Origin: Pseudoalteromonas sp. AOP31-A2-14
Lineage (GTDB): Bacteria; Pseudomonadota; Gammaproteobacteria; Enterobacterales; Alteromonadaceae
Direction: 5' to 3' (one strand)
Length of the DNA stretch: 40,000 nucleotides
Assembly: GCA_052378035.1 (NCBI GenBank)
Contig: JBQSXI010000001.1
Every line of letters begins with the position of its first letter. Within the stretch, counting starts at the first letter, position 1. The notes beneath the pieces were generated by a model that ran no database searches, was not told where the DNA came from, and was given only the letters and a program-made list of their open reading frames with translations. The translations under genes and the position numbers were made by a program. Of the stretch, positions 37,065-40,000 are shown in pieces.

Positions 37065-38345
37065 TTATACACCGCTGACTGAGCGTAAAACCTTAAAAAA
37101 AGTAGGGAAAGTTTTATATGTACACTTAGGGTCGTTGATTGTTATGGGCTTACCCCCGACCGCAACCATGGCAAAACACATCGCTATGCGATGGTCGTCA
37201 TAAGTATCAATATCTACATCATAAAACGTTGTCGGCGGTGTTATTTCAATAAAGTCTTTACCTTCTATGACTTTTGCGCCCACTTTACGAAGCTCTGTTG
37301 CCATAGCGTATAAACGGTCAGTTTCTTTAACACGCCAATTATAAATATTACGTATGGCTGTAGGACCATCAGCAAATAAGGCTACTGTGGCAAGTGTCAT
37401 AGCAGCATCAGGAATAGCATTGGCATCAATATCAACGCCTTTAAGCTGGCCCTTACGAACGACTAGGCGCTCATCATACCAATCAATCTTGGCCCCGACT
37501 TGCTCCATCACTTTGGCAAAGCCGATATCGCCTTGTACGGATTTAGCGCCAACGCCTTTTATTTCAATTTCACCGCCAGCAATAGCAGCTGCTGCAACAA
37601 AGTATGATGCGGATGAAGCATCCCCTTCAACCATAATACGATCAACCGCTTGGTACTGTTGTGCGCCTTTAACGTGAAAGGTTTGATAGTCATTATGAGA
37701 AACGTTAACACCAAAACGCGCCATTACATCTAACGTAATATCAATATAGGGCTTTGATACTAAGGTGCCTTTTATAGTAATTTGCGTGTCGCCTTTAAAT
37801 AATGGTGCTGCCATTAATAACGCAGTTAAGAATTGGCTCGAAATACTGCCGTCAATTTCAACTTCACCGCCATTTATTTGCCCACCCACTATTTTAAGTG
37901 GAGGATAGTCTTTATGCTTTGTATAAGTAACATCGCCACCAAGCGCTTGTAGGGCATCAACTAAGTGCCCTATCGGACGCTCTTCCATGCGTGGCTCGCC
38001 AATAAGTTCATATTCACCTTTTACAGCCGCAAGCACCGCTGTTAATGGACGATATGCTGTACCCGCATTACCTAAAAATAACGACTCTGTAGGCGTTAAA
38101 AACTGCCCACCAACACCTTCTACGGTAGCCACAGTTTTATCATCATTAAGACTTACATTGACACCTAATAGCTTTAGAGCATCAAGCATATGACGGATAT
38201 CATCGCTATCAAGTAAATTTTCAACAACAGTGGTACCTCGTGCCAACGCTGCCAATAATAAAATCCGATTTGATAAACTTTTCGAGCCAGGCAAAGTGAC
38301 ACTACCATTTACTTTTTTAATTGGCTCTAAGCGTAACTGCTCCAT
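37065..38345 (-). CDS. aroA: 3-phosphoshikimate 1-carboxyvinyltransferase (EPSP synthase)
   Basis: [28 protein letters not shown], and 426 aa. The ATG overlaps the serC stop (TAATG). Confidence 0.95.
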   Translation of the reverse strand: MEQLRLEPIKKVNGSVTLPGSKSLSNRILLLAALARGTTVVENLLDSDDIRHMLDALKLLGVNVSLNDDKTVATVEGVGGQFLTPTESLFLGNAGTAYRPLTAVLAAVKGEYELIGEPRMEERPIGHLVDALQALGGDVTYTKHKDYPPLKIVGGQINGGEVEIDGSISSQFLTALLMAAPLFKGDTQITIKGTLVSKPYIDITLDVMARFGVNVSHNDYQTFHVKGAQQYQAVDRIMVEGDASSASYFVAAAAIAGGEIEIKGVGAKSVQGDIGFAKVMEQVGAKIDWYDERLVVRKGQLKGVDIDANAIPDAAMTLATVALFADGPTAIRNIYNWRVKETDRLYAMATELRKVGAKVIEGKDFIEITPPTTFYDVDIDTYDDHRIAMCFAMVAVGGKPITINDPKCTYKTFPTFFKVLRSVSGV

Positions 38346-39427
38346 TAGTTATGCTCCTTGGCAAATTTCTCCATAAAGTCTACTAATGCTTGCACACCGG
38401 CAAGTGGCATAGCGTTATAAATGCTGGCACGCATGCCCCCAACACTTCTATGGCCTTCAAGTGCCATTAACCCCGCATCGTTTGATTGAGCGACAAACTT
38501 ACTGTTCAAGCTTTCGTCATTTAGCCAAAAAGGCACGTTCATACGCGAGCGGCTATGCTTAGCTACTTTATTAAAATAAAAATCAGAATTATCGATAAAA
38601 TTATAAAGAAGTTCAGCCTTTGCAATATTTTGTGTTTCCATGGCTTTTACACCACCATTTTGCTCAAGCCATTCGAATACTTCAGCCGCTAAATACCATG
38701 CAAATGTGGGTGGCGTATTAAACATACTGCTCTGCTTGGCCTCTAGTGCATAATCTAAAATCCCCGGCCTAGGAAGCCCCTCTCGCGCCAGTAATGTTTT
38801 ACGCACTATAACGATTGATATGCCCGAAGGGCCTATATTTTTTTGTGCACCGGCATAAATTAAGTCAAATTGATTAACGTCTATTTCGCGCGATAAAATA
38901 GTTGACGACATATCTGCGATAATTGGCGCTGTTGGATGGCTCGGTACATCAAAAATTTCTAGTCCATCAATAGTTTCATTGGGACAATAGTGAATGTACG
39001 AGGGATCTGCTGGTAACTGCCAGTCAGTCACCGGTTTGATCGAAAATTGACCATTGGCATCGTTACGTATATCGATAGCAGTAATTTGTGTAAACTTATT
39101 TGCTTCATCCGTTGCACTTTTTGACCAAACACCGTTTTCGTAGTAAACCGCTGATTTATTTTCCTGATGTAAATTTAATGGTACAGCACTAAATTGACCC
39201 CGTCCGCCGCCGTGCATAAATAGTATTTCAAACTCGTCACTAATATTCATTAGGCGACGTAAGCTTGCTTCGCATTTTTCTGTTAGAGCAAGAAATTTTT
39301 TACTACGGTGACTTATTTCCATCACCGACACACCTAAACCTTGCCAATCGATAAACTCTTTTTGTGCTTTTTCCATAACTGCCGGTGGCAACATTGCAGG
39401 CCCCGCACAAAAGTTATATTTACTCAT
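38345..39427 (-). CDS. serC: Phosphoserine aminotransferase
   Basis: [36 protein letters not shown] (PLP lysine), and 360 aa. Confidence 0.95.
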   Translation of the reverse strand: MSKYNFCAGPAMLPPAVMEKAQKEFIDWQGLGVSVMEISHRSKKFLALTEKCEASLRRLMNISDEFEILFMHGGGRGQFSAVPLNLHQENKSAVYYENGVWSKSATDEANKFTQITAIDIRNDANGQFSIKPVTDWQLPADPSYIHYCPNETIDGLEIFDVPSHPTAPIIADMSSTILSREIDVNQFDLIYAGAQKNIGPSGISIVIVRKTLLAREGLPRPGILDYALEAKQSSMFNTPPTFAWYLAAEVFEWLEQNGGVKAMETQNIAKAELLYNFIDNSDFYFNKVAKHSRSRMNVPFWLNDESLNSKFVAQSNDAGLMALEGHRSVGGMRASIYNAMPLAGVQALVDFMEKFAKEHN

Positions 39428-39499
39428 TACCTTTCCTCATTCCAGTAATTTGATTATCTGATACTAAATTATTTTTATTAATTAGTATTGTTATACTAC

Positions 39500-39527
39500 A
39501 AAAAAAAGCGGCCTAAGCCGCTTTTTA
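39500..39527 (-). terminator. Rho-independent terminator downstream of gyrA
   Basis: AAAAAAAAGCGGCCTAAGCCGCTTTTT: stem AGCGGC/GCCGCT with a CTAA loop and flanking A and T runs. Confidence 0.75.
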
Positions 39528-39537
39528 TTTATTAATG

Positions 39538-40000
39538 TTATTCAGCTGGAGGGTGATCCCCAGTTTCATCATCAATAATTTCATCGCTTGGTGTATCAGT
39601 AATTTCGACGCTTTCGCCCTCAATGGCTAATAGCTCATCAATTTCGATTTCTTCGATACGTTGTAAACCAACGACTTGCTCTTCTTCAATGGTTCTAATT
39701 AAGATCACACCTTGAGTATTACGACCAACCGTCGATACTTCATTAACGCGTGTCCTAACTAATGTGCCACGATTAGAGATAATCATGATCTCGTCGTTAT
39801 CATCTACTTGTACAGCACCAACTACAGCACCATTTCGCTCTGAAACCTTGATTGAGACTACACCTTGAGTTGCACGACTCTTCGATGGGTAATCTTCAAG
39901 TAGCGTACGTTTACCATAACCGTTTTCTGTCACAGTTAAAATAGCGCCATCTGTTTTTGGTACAATTAACGATACAACACGTTGCTCGGCAGACATTTTT
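39538..40000 (-). CDS. gyrA: DNA gyrase subunit A, C-terminal end; the 5' part lies outside the window
   Basis: GyrA C-terminal beta-pinwheel blades ([27 protein letters not shown]) and an acidic tail. The frame is open to the window edge. Confidence 0.9.
   Translation of the reverse strand, partial: KMSAEQRVVSLIVPKTDGAILTVTENGYGKRTLLEDYPSKSRATQGVVSIKVSERNGAVVGAVQVDDNDEIMIISNRGTLVRTRVNEVSTVGRNTQGVILIRTIEEEQVVGLQRIEEIEIDELLAIEGESVEITDTPSDEIIDDETGDHPPAE

Noticed and set aside
5158-38193. Many 60-140-aa ORFs nested in or antisense to long genes. Examples: 5158-5388, 6033-6236, 7119-7544, 9208-9516, 11646-11852, 13353-13997, 15538-16011, 16483-16948, 17465-17686, 18347-18800, 19524-20007, 21950-22306, 29368-29862, 30676-30891, 31219-31563, 32918-33106, 34156-34338, 34832-36220, 36421-36937, 37354-37677, 37987-38193
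   Set aside because: Each lies wholly inside a longer ORF with strong family motifs. They have biased low-complexity composition typical of off-frame translation, and no independent RBS or intergenic space.

Overview
This 40 kb window looks like the chromosome of a marine gammaproteobacterium with about 40% GC. The gene order gyrA-serC-aroA-cmk-rpsA-ihfB-lapA-lapB-pyrF fits Alteromonadales or Vibrionales, but the taxon is inferred. Three parts stand out.

(1) Positions 1-10.9 kb carry core and accessory genes: the asnB 3' end, a PhzF-like gene, an islet of small orphan genes, the ergothioneine pair egtB-egtD divergent from a BCCT transporter, and an overlapping pair made of a cNMP/CBS/DUF294 nucleotidyltransferase and a DnaQ-like exonuclease.

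(2) Positions 11-17 kb carry an RND efflux operon. Its permease gene is split into three pieces by an IS1-family and an IS30-family element. Both elements have intact target-site duplications, and removing them in silico restores one reading frame.

(3) Positions 22.3-31.7 kb carry a chromosomal integron, the most interesting feature:
- An intact intI has a canonical LexA box over its promoter.
- An attI junction is followed by eight minus-strand cassettes separated by attC sites of 49-133 nt.
- Two identical 1,969-nt group IIC-attC introns (reverse transcriptase/maturase, domain V with a CGC triad, domain VI with a bulged A) sit at the TTGT|T position of two consecutive attC sites. They are antisense to the cassettes and bracket a single cassette.
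- An IS3-family element without a target duplication truncates the distal end of the array.

The rest of the window (31.9-40 kb) is ordinary housekeeping sequence. I found no tRNA, rRNA or CRISPR array.
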